From Candidatus Latescibacterota bacterium (GTDB lineage Bacteria > Latescibacterota > UBA2968 > UBA8231): a stretch of DNA of 64,000 bases. How positions within the stretch are numbered: position 1 is the first letter of the stretch; each line of letters starts with the position of its first letter. This document shows positions 11,224-21,034 of this stretch, piece after piece. Where the stretch lies: contig OZ242318.1 in assembly GCA_965208105.1 (NCBI GenBank), positions 224,001-288,000 of the forward strand, in the 5' to 3' direction. The notes beneath the pieces are model-generated. The model was not told the origin of the DNA. It saw only the letters and a program-made list of their open reading frames with translations, and made no database searches. Made by a program: the position numbers and the translations under genes.

Positions 11224-12257
11224 CCCTCCAGCTCGCGGCGCACGATCCGCACGCCTTGGACCATGTTCTCGATCTTCTGGTAGGAGAGCCAGCGCGGCAG
11301 CTGGAAAAAGCCGCAGTCGGGGGTGATCCAGAGTTTCTCCGGCGGCACGAAGTCGAGGGTCCGGCGCACGCGCTCGGCCACGTCCTCGGGAGACTCCAGG
11401 TAGAAGGACTTCACGTCCACGAGCCCGGCGGCCACCTCGAACTTCTCGGCGACAATGCGGCAGAGGTCCAGCTCGGACAGTTCGCGGTTGGCGAACTCCA
11501 GGGCGATCTGCCCGGCGTTGGCGTTCATGATCGGGTCGATCAGGGCGGCGTAGCTGCGCTTCCCCCGGGGGCGGCTGCCCAGGTTGCCGAAGCAGATGTG
11601 CAGTCCGATCTTGGCGTCGACTCCCTCCACCGCGTGGTTGAAGAGATCGATCCAGTCGTGGCCGCCGCCGGGAATCACCGAGTAGGAAGGTTCGTCGAGG
11701 AAGATGAAGTCGGCCCCGGCGGCCACCAGCGCCTTGAGCTCCCTGTTGACCACGCCGGCGAACTCGTAGGCCAGCTCGATGCGGTCCTTGTATATCTTGT
11801 CGTCGCGCAGCTGGATGTGAATGGTCAGGGTCAGGGGGCCCGGGCAGGTGGCCTTGAGGGGACGGTTTGCATATTTGCTGGCATACTCGAACTCCTCCAC
11901 GATTCCCAGCCCGTCGGGTACCTGGATGCGTTCGGTGGGCCGCCAGCGCGGCACCGAGTCGTAGCCGTAGAGCCCGGTCCTGCGCAGGACGGGCCGCTCC
12001 TGCAGCCCCGAGAAGCGCTGGTAGAAACTCTGGACGAAGTACCAGCGCCGCATCTCGCCGTCGGAGATCACGTCGACGCCGGCGCGCTCCTGGTCGAGCA
12101 TGGCCAGACTCACGGCGTCGTCGAAGACCTCCCTGACGTCGGTGGGTCCGTAGCGGTCCTGGTCCATCTCCTCGGTGGCGCTCCAGAACCAGCCCGGCAG
12201 GGCGTAGCTGCCGATCACGCTGGTGGGAAGCAAAGGCAGGCTTTCACTCATCTTCAT
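11220..12257 (-). CDS. Cobalamin-independent methionine synthase II (MetE C-terminal-only) family protein
   Basis: LPTSVIGSY, QERAGVDVISDGEMRR, PGPLT, DEP, Zn ligands HIC / E / PDCG. Confidence 0.88.
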   Translation of the reverse strand: MKMSESLPLLPTSVIGSYALPGWFWSATEEMDQDRYGPTDVREVFDDAVSLAMLDQERAGVDVISDGEMRRWYFVQSFYQRFSGLQERPVLRRTGLYGYDSVPRWRPTERIQVPDGLGIVEEFEYASKYANRPLKATCPGPLTLTIHIQLRDDKIYKDRIELAYEFAGVVNRELKALVAAGADFIFLDEPSYSVIPGGGHDWIDLFNHAVEGVDAKIGLHICFGNLGSRPRGKRSYAALIDPIMNANAGQIALEFANRELSELDLCRIVAEKFEVAAGLVDVKSFYLESPEDVAERVRRTLDFVPPEKLWITPDCGFFQLPRWLSYQKIENMVQGVRIVRRELEG

Positions 12258-12295
12258 CTCCTGTTGCGGTCCGCGCGGGTCGAAAGAAAGGGACC

Positions 12296-12324
12296 ATAAT
12301 ACGGCATTTCGGCCACCGGATCAA
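12296..12324 (-). promoter_or_regulatory. sigma70-like promoter for the MetE-like gene
   Basis: TTGATC-N17-TATTAT on the minus strand, 38 nt upstream of the start. Confidence 0.55.
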
Positions 12325-12459
12325 CCTTCTCTCCGGGATGCCTGCAATGGGCTTGCCCGCTCGCCCCGCCGATTGTGGGGCGGGGGAGTTCTGGCTTAAT
12401 TACACCCTCGAAGAGTCAACGGATCGAAGTGAAGAGCTGCGCTCCGAAACCAGGATGCC

Positions 12460-14283
12460 ATGAAGGCGATTGCACTGCAGGCCGGGCGCGCGGAGTCCAT
12501 CCCCGATTGGGCCCTGCGCCAGCGCCATCTCATCGCGGCCATGAACGAGGCCGCCCCCCTGTTCCAGCGGCGCTACACCCGCGCCGACGGGAGCTTTGTC
12601 TGGAGGGAGGAATTCCCCGGCATGGACGGCTCCGACGACGGCTACGAGAGCTACCACAACTGGCCTCTGTTCTACGCCCTCGGCGCCGCCGCCGACCTGC
12701 ACGAGCGCAGCCGCTTCCTCTGGGAGGCGGTCACCCGCCAGTTCACCGCCTACGGCCAGGTTCACCGCGAGTTCGACGCCGGCTACGACTGGATGCACCA
12801 CGGCGAGTCCTCCGTCTACCTCTACTACTTCGGCCTGGCCGACCCCGGGCGCCGCAGGGACCGCGACCGGGCGCTGCGCTTTGCGGGGCTCTACATGGGA
12901 GACGACCCGGATGCCCCCAACTGGGACCCGGAGAAGCGCATGATCCGCTCTCCCATCAACGGCAGCAAGGGACCCAGGCCGGCATACACCTGGGAGGACT
13001 GGTCCACCATCCGCGACGTGCTCTCGAACTATCCCCTTCCCTTCGAGGACCTGGACGTTCCCACCCGCCTCATCGACTGGGAGGGAGAGTCGGTGCGCGG
13101 CGCCGACTGGTGCGACGACGAGGTCTACGCAAGGATCCTCGCCGCCCTCAACAGCCGCCAGATGGGCGCCGACGTGCCCCTCAACCTGGCCGCCACCAGC
13201 CTCGCGGCCAACGCCTTCCTCTACACCGGGGATGGGCGCTACAGGACCTGGGTCCTGGACTACCTGCAGGCCTGGGCGGAACGCATGGAGGCCAACGGCG
13301 GAATCTGTCCCGACAACGTGGGACCCGGCGGACTCATCGGCGAGAACATGGGAGGGAAGTGGTGGGGCGGATACTACGGCTGGGCATGGCCCCATGGATT
13401 GAGGACGGTCATCGAGCCCCTGTCCATCGCCGCCATGAACGCGGCGCTGCTGAGCGGCGACCTCGGCTACCTGGACATCGTCCGCAGCCAGCTGCGCCGG
13501 ATTCTGGACCTGGGTCGGGTCGAGGACGGACGCTACCTGGTACCCTGCCGTCACACGGATACGGGCTGGACCTCCTTCCGGCCCCCGGAACCTCATTACC
13601 TCGGGCAGCTCTGGTACATGTCCCAGGCCCGGGAGGACCGCCTTCTGATCGAGCAGCTGCCCCAGGCCCACACCTCGTGGCGGCGCATCGAGCCGGGACG
13701 GGGCAAGGGAGACGACATCCACTTCGCGCCCTGGTTCTGCTACCTGGAGGGCCGCCTCGACGACTATCCCGCGCGCATTCTCGAGGCCCAGTACGCCGAG
13801 GTGGCGAGGCGCATGGATCTGATGCGCGGCGACGGAGGCGATCCCTCCCACTGGGACGTGCACCACTGGCAGGAAATAAACCCGGTGCACACCGAGGCAC
13901 TGGTGCAATTGACTTGCGGGGGGCCGCAGATTATCTACCATGGTGGATTGTTGCACGTGCGCCTGCGCTTCTACGACGCCGCGGAGCGGCGTCCGGGGCT
14001 GCCGCCGCACACCGCCGCCCTGGTTTCGGCGCTCGATGCGGACAGCACCACCCTGCACCTGGTCAACCTCAGCCCGCTGCACCGGCAGGACCTGGTGCTG
14101 CAGGCCGGTGCCTTCGGCGAGCACAGCTTCACCGAGGTGGTCGAGGAAGGGGTACGGGGAGCGCAGCCTCAGGCAGTGGAGGGCAAGTGGCTGAGGCTCA
14201 ACCTGGCGCCGGGGTGCGCCGCGACCCTCCGCCTGGGAATGAGGCGCTATTGCCGTACCCCCAGCTACGACCAGCCCTGGTGA
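12460..14283 (+). CDS. Conserved hypothetical 607-aa protein (possible alpha/alpha-toroid carbohydrate-active enzyme)
   Basis: Strong coding bias; acidic/aromatic motifs DGSDDGYES, YDWMHHGE, PDNVG, WWGGYYGWAWPHG; no function recognised. Confidence 0.7.
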   Translation: MKAIALQAGRAESIPDWALRQRHLIAAMNEAAPLFQRRYTRADGSFVWREEFPGMDGSDDGYESYHNWPLFYALGAAADLHERSRFLWEAVTRQFTAYGQVHREFDAGYDWMHHGESSVYLYYFGLADPGRRRDRDRALRFAGLYMGDDPDAPNWDPEKRMIRSPINGSKGPRPAYTWEDWSTIRDVLSNYPLPFEDLDVPTRLIDWEGESVRGADWCDDEVYARILAALNSRQMGADVPLNLAATSLAANAFLYTGDGRYRTWVLDYLQAWAERMEANGGICPDNVGPGGLIGENMGGKWWGGYYGWAWPHGLRTVIEPLSIAAMNAALLSGDLGYLDIVRSQLRRILDLGRVEDGRYLVPCRHTDTGWTSFRPPEPHYLGQLWYMSQAREDRLLIEQLPQAHTSWRRIEPGRGKGDDIHFAPWFCYLEGRLDDYPARILEAQYAEVARRMDLMRGDGGDPSHWDVHHWQEINPVHTEALVQLTCGGPQIIYHGGLLHVRLRFYDAAERRPGLPPHTAALVSALDADSTTLHLVNLSPLHRQDLVLQAGAFGEHSFTEVVEEGVRGAQPQAVEGKWLRLNLAPGCAATLRLGMRRYCRTPSYDQPW

Positions 14284-14328
14284 GGAGGGAAGGACGGCAG
14301 CGGGTCCATGCGTCACGAAAGGCAGGCA

Positions 14329-15168
14329 ATGCCCCAGGCCAGGGCTTTTGCGCCCGGTAGTATTTCATGTGTCTTCAAGATTATCCCGCACCACGACCCG
14401 GCCAGGATGCATTCCCTCGGCATGAGTTTTACGGTATGCGACGGGGTGGAAGTGTGCGCCCGCGGGCACGGCCGCACCGCGGTGCGGTTCAACGGGCGCG
14501 AGATTCCCTTTCCCACCGTGCACTCGGTGGTGGAGAAGCTCACCGCCGCCAAGCTGCGCATCGACATCGAATCGCCGCTGGCCTTGAGCAGCGGGTTCGG
14601 CTTGAGCGGCGCGTCGGCGCTGGCCTCGGCTTACGCCGTCGACGCCCTGCTGGGTCTGGGCAGGCCGGAGGAGGAGCTGGCGATGGCCGCCCACGTGGCC
14701 GAGGTCGAGAACCTCACCGGCCTGGGGGACGTGTGCGCCCAGTTCCGCGGCGGCTGCCTGGTCAAGCTGAAGCCCGGATTCCCGCTCCTGGCGGATCCGC
14801 TGCCGGTTCCGGAGCAACCGGTCTACTATCGACTCTTCAGCCCCATCCGCACCCCCGAGATCATCGGCGACCGCAACAGGCGGGCCCGCATCAACCAGGC
14901 GGCGGACGAAGCCCTGGCGCGGCTCGAGACCATGGTGAGCGAGGAGGAGGTCGACTTCGACGCCTGCGTCGGGGTGGCCAGGCAGTTCTCCCAGGGCAGC
15001 GGCCTGCTGCAGGACAGGGAGGTTCGCGAAACCATCGCCCGCATCGAGGCCGCCGGAGGTGCCGCCTCGATGATCATGCTGGGCAACGCGGTGTTCAGCA
15101 CCAGCCCCTTCCCGGGTGCCGCGCAGAGCATGCTGTCCATGCGGAAAGCCAGGGTCCTGGATGAATGA
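14329..15168 (+). CDS. pok: Archaeal-type pantoate kinase (GHMP kinase family)
   Basis: AFAPGSISCVF, PLALSSGFGLSGASAL (GHMP motif), AHVAEVENLTGLGDV, ASMIMLGNAVF, all typical of archaeal PoK. Confidence 0.85.
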   Translation: MPQARAFAPGSISCVFKIIPHHDPARMHSLGMSFTVCDGVEVCARGHGRTAVRFNGREIPFPTVHSVVEKLTAAKLRIDIESPLALSSGFGLSGASALASAYAVDALLGLGRPEEELAMAAHVAEVENLTGLGDVCAQFRGGCLVKLKPGFPLLADPLPVPEQPVYYRLFSPIRTPEIIGDRNRRARINQAADEALARLETMVSEEEVDFDACVGVARQFSQGSGLLQDREVRETIARIEAAGGAASMIMLGNAVFSTSPFPGAAQSMLSMRKARVLDE

Positions 15169-15904
15169 CCTGCAGCCGGACCATCCCCGCTACGTCTCGC
15201 TGAAGCTGCGCAACGCCGTCGCCGCCGGGGTGGAGCAGGGCATCACCTCGATCCACGGCCTGGTAGCCCACGGGCGCGGAGAAGCTTTCGACTACCTCAT
15301 CGGAGAGAGGACCCGCATCTTCGCGCGCCGCGCCGCGCGCGCCGCGGCGGCCATGCTGCGCCTGGCGGAATACCCGGTGATATCGGTCAACGGCAATGCC
15401 GCGGCGCTGGTTCCGGAGGGGCTCGCCCGGCTGGGCGAACTGCTCGGCGCTCCCCTGGAGGTGAACCTCTTCCACCCCTCCAGGGCGCGGGAGCGGGCCA
15501 TCCGCAGCCACCTGGAAAAGAGCGGCGCCGCCAGGGTGCTGCTGTCCACCAGGAGGGCGGAGCTGGACTTCATCGCCTCCAACCGCCGCTTCGTCCATCC
15601 GCAGGGGATCCTCATGGCGGACGTGATTTTCGTTCCCCTGGAAGACGGCGACCGCTGTGAAGCCCTGCGCCGGATGGGCAAGAAGGTGATCGCGGTGGAC
15701 CTGAACCCGCTCTCCCGCTCGGCCAGGAAGGCCAGCGTGACGCTGGTGGACAACGTTGCCCGGGCAGTGCCCCTGCTGCTGGAGGAGGTCGGCCGGCTGG
15801 AGGACAAACCCAGAGCGGCACTGCAGCGCATGGTTGACGGCTACAGCAACAGGGACCAGCTCCGGGCGGCTCTGCGCTGCATCCGCGGAGGCCGCCAAAG
15901 CTGA
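15161..15904 (+). CDS. pps: Archaeal-type phosphopantothenate synthetase (4-phosphopantoate--beta-alanine ligase)
   Basis: HPRYVSL, GLVAHGRGEAFDYLIGE, PVISVNGN, EVNLF, ADVIFVPLEDGDR, DLNPLSR; overlaps the pok stop. Confidence 0.92.
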   Translation: MNDLQPDHPRYVSLKLRNAVAAGVEQGITSIHGLVAHGRGEAFDYLIGERTRIFARRAARAAAAMLRLAEYPVISVNGNAAALVPEGLARLGELLGAPLEVNLFHPSRARERAIRSHLEKSGAARVLLSTRRAELDFIASNRRFVHPQGILMADVIFVPLEDGDRCEALRRMGKKVIAVDLNPLSRSARKASVTLVDNVARAVPLLLEEVGRLEDKPRAALQRMVDGYSNRDQLRAALRCIRGGRQS

Positions 15905-15927
15905 TCTGGGGAGGGGGAGCGGAGGAT

Positions 15928-16905
15928 ATGGAGATAACCTATCTCGAGGTCGAGGAGGCCGGGTCCCTGGCGCCGTTCTACAACGCCGAGTTTGCCCACC
16001 TGCCCTACCGCTATCCTGTGGCGGAGTCGGAGTTCTGCGCCGGGGTGCGCTTCCGTGCGGATGGGGACGAGCCCTACCCCAACCTTTCCCAGGAGAGGTT
16101 CATCGTTGCCCGGGAGGGTGTCGAGGTGGTGGGATTCGCCCACGTTGCCTTGTGGAGCAAGGAATCCGACGACCTCATCTGGATCGGCCTTCACCTGGTC
16201 GAAGAAATCCTCGACGACCGCGTCGGATTGATCCGCTTCTTTCACTACCGCGGCGGGCAGCGGCGCGCCGGACAGGCCATCCTGGAGGCGGCGGAGAACT
16301 ACTTTCGCCAATGGGGATTGAAGCAGGTCCGGGTCTTCAGCTACTACGCCTACCCCTTCTGTCTGTTCGACCGCACCTTTCTCTTCGACTCCATGGCCCA
16401 CGTGCACGCCCTCCTGCGCGCCAACGGCTACAGGATAACCCGCGGCAACGCCCTTCTGGACCAGCGCGGCCGTCTACCAGCCAGGCCCTCCCCCCCTGTG
16501 GGCGGCCTCGAGGTGAGCATCGAAGCGGTGGAGGGCCGCGGCGACCTGCCCAACGTCACTCTCCGCCTGATGCGCGGGAGCGAGGAGGTCGGATCTAGCT
16601 CCGCCGTCTCCCACGGACACTACTGCAGCGCCGGGCAGGCCCAGACCTCCTATTACGTGGGATGGTTCGGCACAGCGGGCCCGGAGCAGGGAAAGGGACT
16701 GGGAAGATATCTGCTGCAGGTGCTCCTTTGGGAAATGCAGGGAATCGGCTATGAAAACGCCACCCTCTACGTCGCCCTGGACAACCCCGTAGCCCAACTG
16801 CTCTACACCAACGGGGGTTTCCGCCTCGTGGACAACATGTACGTGCTGTTCAAGGACATGGAGAGGGAGCTGCCGCTCCCCGTTTTCAAAGGCGTAGGGT
16901 TCTGA
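15928..16905 (+). CDS. GNAT family N-acetyltransferase (tandem GNAT domains)
   Basis: EQGKGLGRYLL acetyl-CoA motif, NPVAQLLYTNGGF; GGAGG RBS. Confidence 0.8.
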   Translation: MEITYLEVEEAGSLAPFYNAEFAHLPYRYPVAESEFCAGVRFRADGDEPYPNLSQERFIVAREGVEVVGFAHVALWSKESDDLIWIGLHLVEEILDDRVGLIRFFHYRGGQRRAGQAILEAAENYFRQWGLKQVRVFSYYAYPFCLFDRTFLFDSMAHVHALLRANGYRITRGNALLDQRGRLPARPSPPVGGLEVSIEAVEGRGDLPNVTLRLMRGSEEVGSSSAVSHGHYCSAGQAQTSYYVGWFGTAGPEQGKGLGRYLLQVLLWEMQGIGYENATLYVALDNPVAQLLYTNGGFRLVDNMYVLFKDMERELPLPVFKGVGF

Positions 16906-16928
16906 GCGGGCCGCTGCGGCCGGATGCC

Positions 16929-16957
16929 TTGATAGCCTCCGGAGGCGAAGGTATATT
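16929..16957 (+). promoter_or_regulatory. sigma70-like promoter for the 17029-23102 operon
   Basis: TTGATA-N17-TATATT. Confidence 0.6.
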
Positions 16958-17028
16958 GTCGCCGGAATCGGCGTTGCCATGCAGCGGCGGCAACCGCCCC
17001 TCAGGCCGAAGAACCGGAAGGAAGACCC

Positions 17029-19533
17029 ATGCCCGAAGCATTTCTGCCCCTGGATCTGAGTAGATACCTGAACGCCGGCAGCGCAAACCTCAAGGTCGGG
17101 GATGGATGGTTGTGGCCGGCCTCCTCCGAAGGTGGAGAGACTGCGGCCTTGGATGGCATGCCGGCCGGGGAATGCCGGTTCTGGGGCGTTCCCTTTTCCC
17201 TGGCACCGGCTGAAGCGGCCAGGCGCTTCGTCGTCGTTGCCCGCGATGCAGGAGAGTCGCTGCCTGCATCGGCGACCATTACACTGGGAATGAAGGCCCC
17301 CCGGCTCCTCTTCGCCCATGTCTGCGCCCCTGTGCGGGGCGAGAGCAGCACCCTGGAAGGAGCAGGCGAGGCCATCGGCTCCTACCGCATGGTGTTCGCC
17401 GACGGCAGCGCGGAGGAGCAGCCTCTGCGGCGGCGCTTCGAGATTCACGACCTCGCCATTCCCTGGGGCCACCATCCCTTCCTGTGCCGCAACTGCCGCG
17501 AGTACCATCCCTATGCCATCGACGATTTGAGCGGTCCCCACGGCAGGGTGCAGACCGGGGTGCGGACCGACTACGGCGACGATCTGGGGGGATGGTGGCT
17601 GTTCGACTGGGAAAATCCGCGGCCGCGGCAGACCATCGAGGCCGTGGAAGTGACCGCCGCGGGCGATACCCCCATGGCCCTGGGCGCGGTGACTCTCTGC
17701 AGGGAGGAAGACGATCCCCTGGCCTGGTTGCCGCGCCGGGAAATAGCGGTGAGCGTGGAGAGCGGCCGGGAGGGAGACCCGGGCATCGAGGTGGAGATGG
17801 AGCGCGGCGTGGTGGCCCGCCAGGATTCCCTCTTTGTTCCCGGGGCGGACTTTCTCAGCGTGGACGAAAGCGGCTGGGGGCGCGGCGGGCAGACCGTGGA
17901 GGAGGGGGGCTACGTCGAGATTCACGGCTCTCCCAGGGGGCGGTTGCAGGTGCGGGCGGGAGGAGAGGTGGCCGAGACCGTGAGCTGGGGCGAGGTGGTG
18001 AGAAAGGGAGGGGAGCGGCGCGGCAGGGTGCGGGTGGAGGTCGTCGCCCCCAGGGGCAAGCAGTGGGTGCACGTGCGGGTGGAGGATGGATCTACGGGAC
18101 GGCCGGTAGGAGCCCGGGTCCACTTTCGCACCCCCCATGGGGCCTACCTCGCTCCCCACGGACACCAGGCCGAGGTCAACGAGGCCTGGTTCGAGGACCT
18201 GGGGGGCGACTGCAAGGTGCGCGGCACTCCCTACGCCTACATCGACGGAACCTGCCAGATCGACCTGCCGGTGGGCCCGGTGCTGGTGGAGGTTGTGCGC
18301 GGGTTCGAGTACGCACCTCTGCGGCGCCGGGTGGAGATCAAGCCCGGGCAGCGCCACCTGACCCTGGAGATCAACCGCGCCTTCGACATGAAGGAGCGCG
18401 GCTTCTATTCGGGCGATACCCACGTCCACTTCCTCTCGTCCCAGTCGAGCCACCTGGAGGCGGCGGGTGAGGACCTCAACGTGGTCAACCTGCTGGCCAG
18501 CCAATGGGGCAGGCTCTTCACCTCATGGGAGGAGTTCAGCGGCGGGCTGTCGCCCACCAGCAGCGCCGATCACCTCATCTGGGTGAGCCAGGAGAACCGC
18601 CAGCACGTGCTCGGCCACATCAGCCTCCTGGGCCTGAAGGAGATGGTCGCGCCCATGTGCACCGGCGGGGCCAACGAGGACTGGATCGGGGGCGAGGTCG
18701 AGGCGCTGATGGCGGACTGGGCCGAGGCCTGCCGCAGTCAGGGAGGGCTGGTGATCATGCCCCACATGCCGGTGCCCGACTTCGAGAACGCCGCCAATAT
18801 CGTCCTCGGACACGCGGACGCCGCCGAGATGTGCTGGGTCTGGCTCGGGGAGGAGATCGGCCAGGGCGAGCGGGGCTACTACCGCTGGCTCAACGTGGGC
18901 CAGAAGCTGCCCATAGTGGGAGGCACCGACAAGATGTCCAACGGCCGCGTCCTGGGCGGGTCGCGCACCTACGCCAGGCTGCGGCCCGGCGAGGAATTCA
19001 CCTTCGAGAACTGGTGCAGGGCGGTGCGCCGCGGCACCACCTTCGCCAGCACCGGGGCCATGATCGACCTGAGGGCCGAGGGCCGCCTCATGGGCGAGGA
19101 GATCGCCCTGCCGGGAAACGGCGGCGAGGTGGAGGTGGAGGCCGTTGCCGAGAGCGTGTGGCCGCTGAGCGCGGTGGAGCTCGTCGTCGGCGGGCGTCCG
19201 GTGGCGCGCCGCGATGCCGGCGGCGCCAGGCGGGTGGTATTGCGCCACAAGCTGAAGGCCGGGCAGTCCTGCTGGGTGGCGGCGCGCTGCTGGGGACCAT
19301 ACCTGACCGACGCCGGACCGGTGATGGCCCATTCCTCGCCAATCTACATCGACGTGGGCGGGCGCTGCGCCTTCGAGCCCGCGGCCGGGAACTATCTCCT
19401 GACCCAGATGGAGGGCGGCATCTCCTGGGCCGAGCGCCTAGGGGTATTCCGCGATGAAGAGGTGCGCTCCCGCCTGATCGCCCTGTTCCAGGAGGCCAGG
19501 CAGGTACTGGGCCGCCGCCGGTGCGGAGGATGA
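17029..19533 (+). CDS. CehA/McbA-family (PHP-like) metallohydrolase with N-terminal extra domains
   Basis: RGFEY, YSGDTHVH, QENR..LGH, GGLVIMPH, GGTD, GTTFASTG, AHSSPIY. Confidence 0.75.
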   Translation: MPEAFLPLDLSRYLNAGSANLKVGDGWLWPASSEGGETAALDGMPAGECRFWGVPFSLAPAEAARRFVVVARDAGESLPASATITLGMKAPRLLFAHVCAPVRGESSTLEGAGEAIGSYRMVFADGSAEEQPLRRRFEIHDLAIPWGHHPFLCRNCREYHPYAIDDLSGPHGRVQTGVRTDYGDDLGGWWLFDWENPRPRQTIEAVEVTAAGDTPMALGAVTLCREEDDPLAWLPRREIAVSVESGREGDPGIEVEMERGVVARQDSLFVPGADFLSVDESGWGRGGQTVEEGGYVEIHGSPRGRLQVRAGGEVAETVSWGEVVRKGGERRGRVRVEVVAPRGKQWVHVRVEDGSTGRPVGARVHFRTPHGAYLAPHGHQAEVNEAWFEDLGGDCKVRGTPYAYIDGTCQIDLPVGPVLVEVVRGFEYAPLRRRVEIKPGQRHLTLEINRAFDMKERGFYSGDTHVHFLSSQSSHLEAAGEDLNVVNLLASQWGRLFTSWEEFSGGLSPTSSADHLIWVSQENRQHVLGHISLLGLKEMVAPMCTGGANEDWIGGEVEALMADWAEACRSQGGLVIMPHMPVPDFENAANIVLGHADAAEMCWVWLGEEIGQGERGYYRWLNVGQKLPIVGGTDKMSNGRVLGGSRTYARLRPGEEFTFENWCRAVRRGTTFASTGAMIDLRAEGRLMGEEIALPGNGGEVEVEAVAESVWPLSAVELVVGGRPVARRDAGGARRVVLRHKLKAGQSCWVAARCWGPYLTDAGPVMAHSSPIYIDVGGRCAFEPAAGNYLLTQMEGGISWAERLGVFRDEEVRSRLIALFQEARQVLGRRRCGG

Positions 19534-19542
19534 GCGACGGGA

Positions 19543-20919
19543 ATGCAACTTCTGCGCCAGCTCGAAACAGTCGCCGAGCCTGACGTCCTGGTGGTGGGGG
19601 CGGGGTGCGCCGGCACCACCGCGGCCATTGCCGCGGCGCGGCGCGGGGCGCGCACCATGGTGGTGGAGCGCTGCGGCTTCGCGGGGGGCTACATAACCGC
19701 GGTGGTGGGACCCGCCCTGGACGGATTCGTCGACCTGCGCTCCGGTCTTCCGGTGGTGGGCGGCCTGGTCCTGGAGCTGGCGCGGAAGGCGGCCCGCACC
19801 AGCGCCGCCGGAGACCTCGCCGGTACCCGCTTCCACTTCAACGTCGAAATCGGCCAGATGCGCGGGGCGGAGCACAGGGTCCCCATCCGCTTCGACGTCG
19901 AGCGCTTCAAGCTCGAGGCCGACCGCGCGCTGCGCGCCGCCGGGGTGCGGGTGCTCTACCACACGGTGGTCGCCGACGTGGAGCGCAGGGGCGACCGCGT
20001 AACCGCGGTTGTCCTGGCCAACAAGAAGGGACTCACCGCGGTAAAGCCCCGCTGCGTTGTGGACGCCAGTGGAGACGCCGACGTGGCGGCCTTTGCCGGA
20101 GCCCCCTTCGATCTGGGCCCCGATCCGCTGCAGCCCATGAGCCTGCATTTTCGCGCAGGTCCCCTGGTCCCAAGCACGGACTTGCGCCGGCGCTGTGGAG
20201 AGGTGCTGGAAGAGGCCCACCGGGAAGGGCGGCTGGGCCTCTACGCCGGACCCTGGATGTCCGAGGTGGAGGCGGACAATCTCTACTTCAACGCCACCCG
20301 CATCAGCGGCAATCCCCTCGATCCCGACGATCTGAGCAGAGCCGAGATGCAGGGGCGCGAAGACGCGCGGCTGATGTTCGAGCTTTTCAAGGAGAAGATA
20401 CCCCAGTTCAAGGACGCCTGCTTCACCGCCAGCGGCCCCATGGTGGGGGTGCGCGAGTCGCGCCGCATCCGCGCCGCCGCGACCCTGAGGCTGGCGGACA
20501 TCGAGCGGCAGCGCGGCTGCGACGACGTTGTATGCCTGGGCGCCTGGTGGCTGGACCGCCATCCGCAGGACAGCTCCGGCTACCATGCCCACACCATGGT
20601 GCGGCCCTACGACATCTCCTATGGTACCCTGGTGCCGCGGGAGCTGGCCAACGTCTGGGTGGCGGGGCGCTGCCACGGCGCCGAGCCTGCCGCCCTGGCC
20701 TCGAGCCGGGTCACCGTAACCTGCATGGGCATGGGACAGGCGGCTGGAACGGCGGCTGCCCTTGCCGTTGCCGCCGGCTGCGACGCCCCGGAGGTGGATA
20801 CAGGACGGCTGCAGGCGAACCTGGTTGCCGATGGGGCGATCATCCTGGAACGCGCCGACGCCGTGCGCAAGGTGGGGGACGAGCTCGCCGTGGAGGAGAG
20901 CGGCTGGGCGTCGCGTTGA
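19543..20919 (+). CDS. FAD-dependent oxidoreductase (FAD_oxidored family)
   Basis: DVLVVGAGCAG, VDASGDAD, GVRESRRI, YDISYGTLVP, AGRC, MGQAAG. Confidence 0.88.
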   Translation: MQLLRQLETVAEPDVLVVGAGCAGTTAAIAAARRGARTMVVERCGFAGGYITAVVGPALDGFVDLRSGLPVVGGLVLELARKAARTSAAGDLAGTRFHFNVEIGQMRGAEHRVPIRFDVERFKLEADRALRAAGVRVLYHTVVADVERRGDRVTAVVLANKKGLTAVKPRCVVDASGDADVAAFAGAPFDLGPDPLQPMSLHFRAGPLVPSTDLRRRCGEVLEEAHREGRLGLYAGPWMSEVEADNLYFNATRISGNPLDPDDLSRAEMQGREDARLMFELFKEKIPQFKDACFTASGPMVGVRESRRIRAAATLRLADIERQRGCDDVVCLGAWWLDRHPQDSSGYHAHTMVRPYDISYGTLVPRELANVWVAGRCHGAEPAALASSRVTVTCMGMGQAAGTAAALAVAAGCDAPEVDTGRLQANLVADGAIILERADAVRKVGDELAVEESGWASR

Positions 20920-21034
20920 ATTCGACCGGCAGCGGTGTTGCCGGCGCGCCGCGAATGTTGCCTTTCGGCCCGCTCCCGGCGGCCGCCCGGGCCCCGGGGT
21001 TCGACCGGAATGAACAGTTTATGAGGAGACCGGG

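Noticed and set aside
7166-12299. Very long plus-strand ORFs 7166-9517 (783 aa) and 9408-12299 (963 aa)
   Set aside because: Antisense shadows of well-supported minus-strand genes; long stop-free antisense frames are expected at this GC content and show no motifs
20918-21010. Possible further degenerate copy of the 165-bp element (similarly 31298-31420 and 32590-32680)
   Set aside because: Only short motif echoes (GAATTCG, GTTGCC, GCCTTG); no terminal repeats or alignable core by eye
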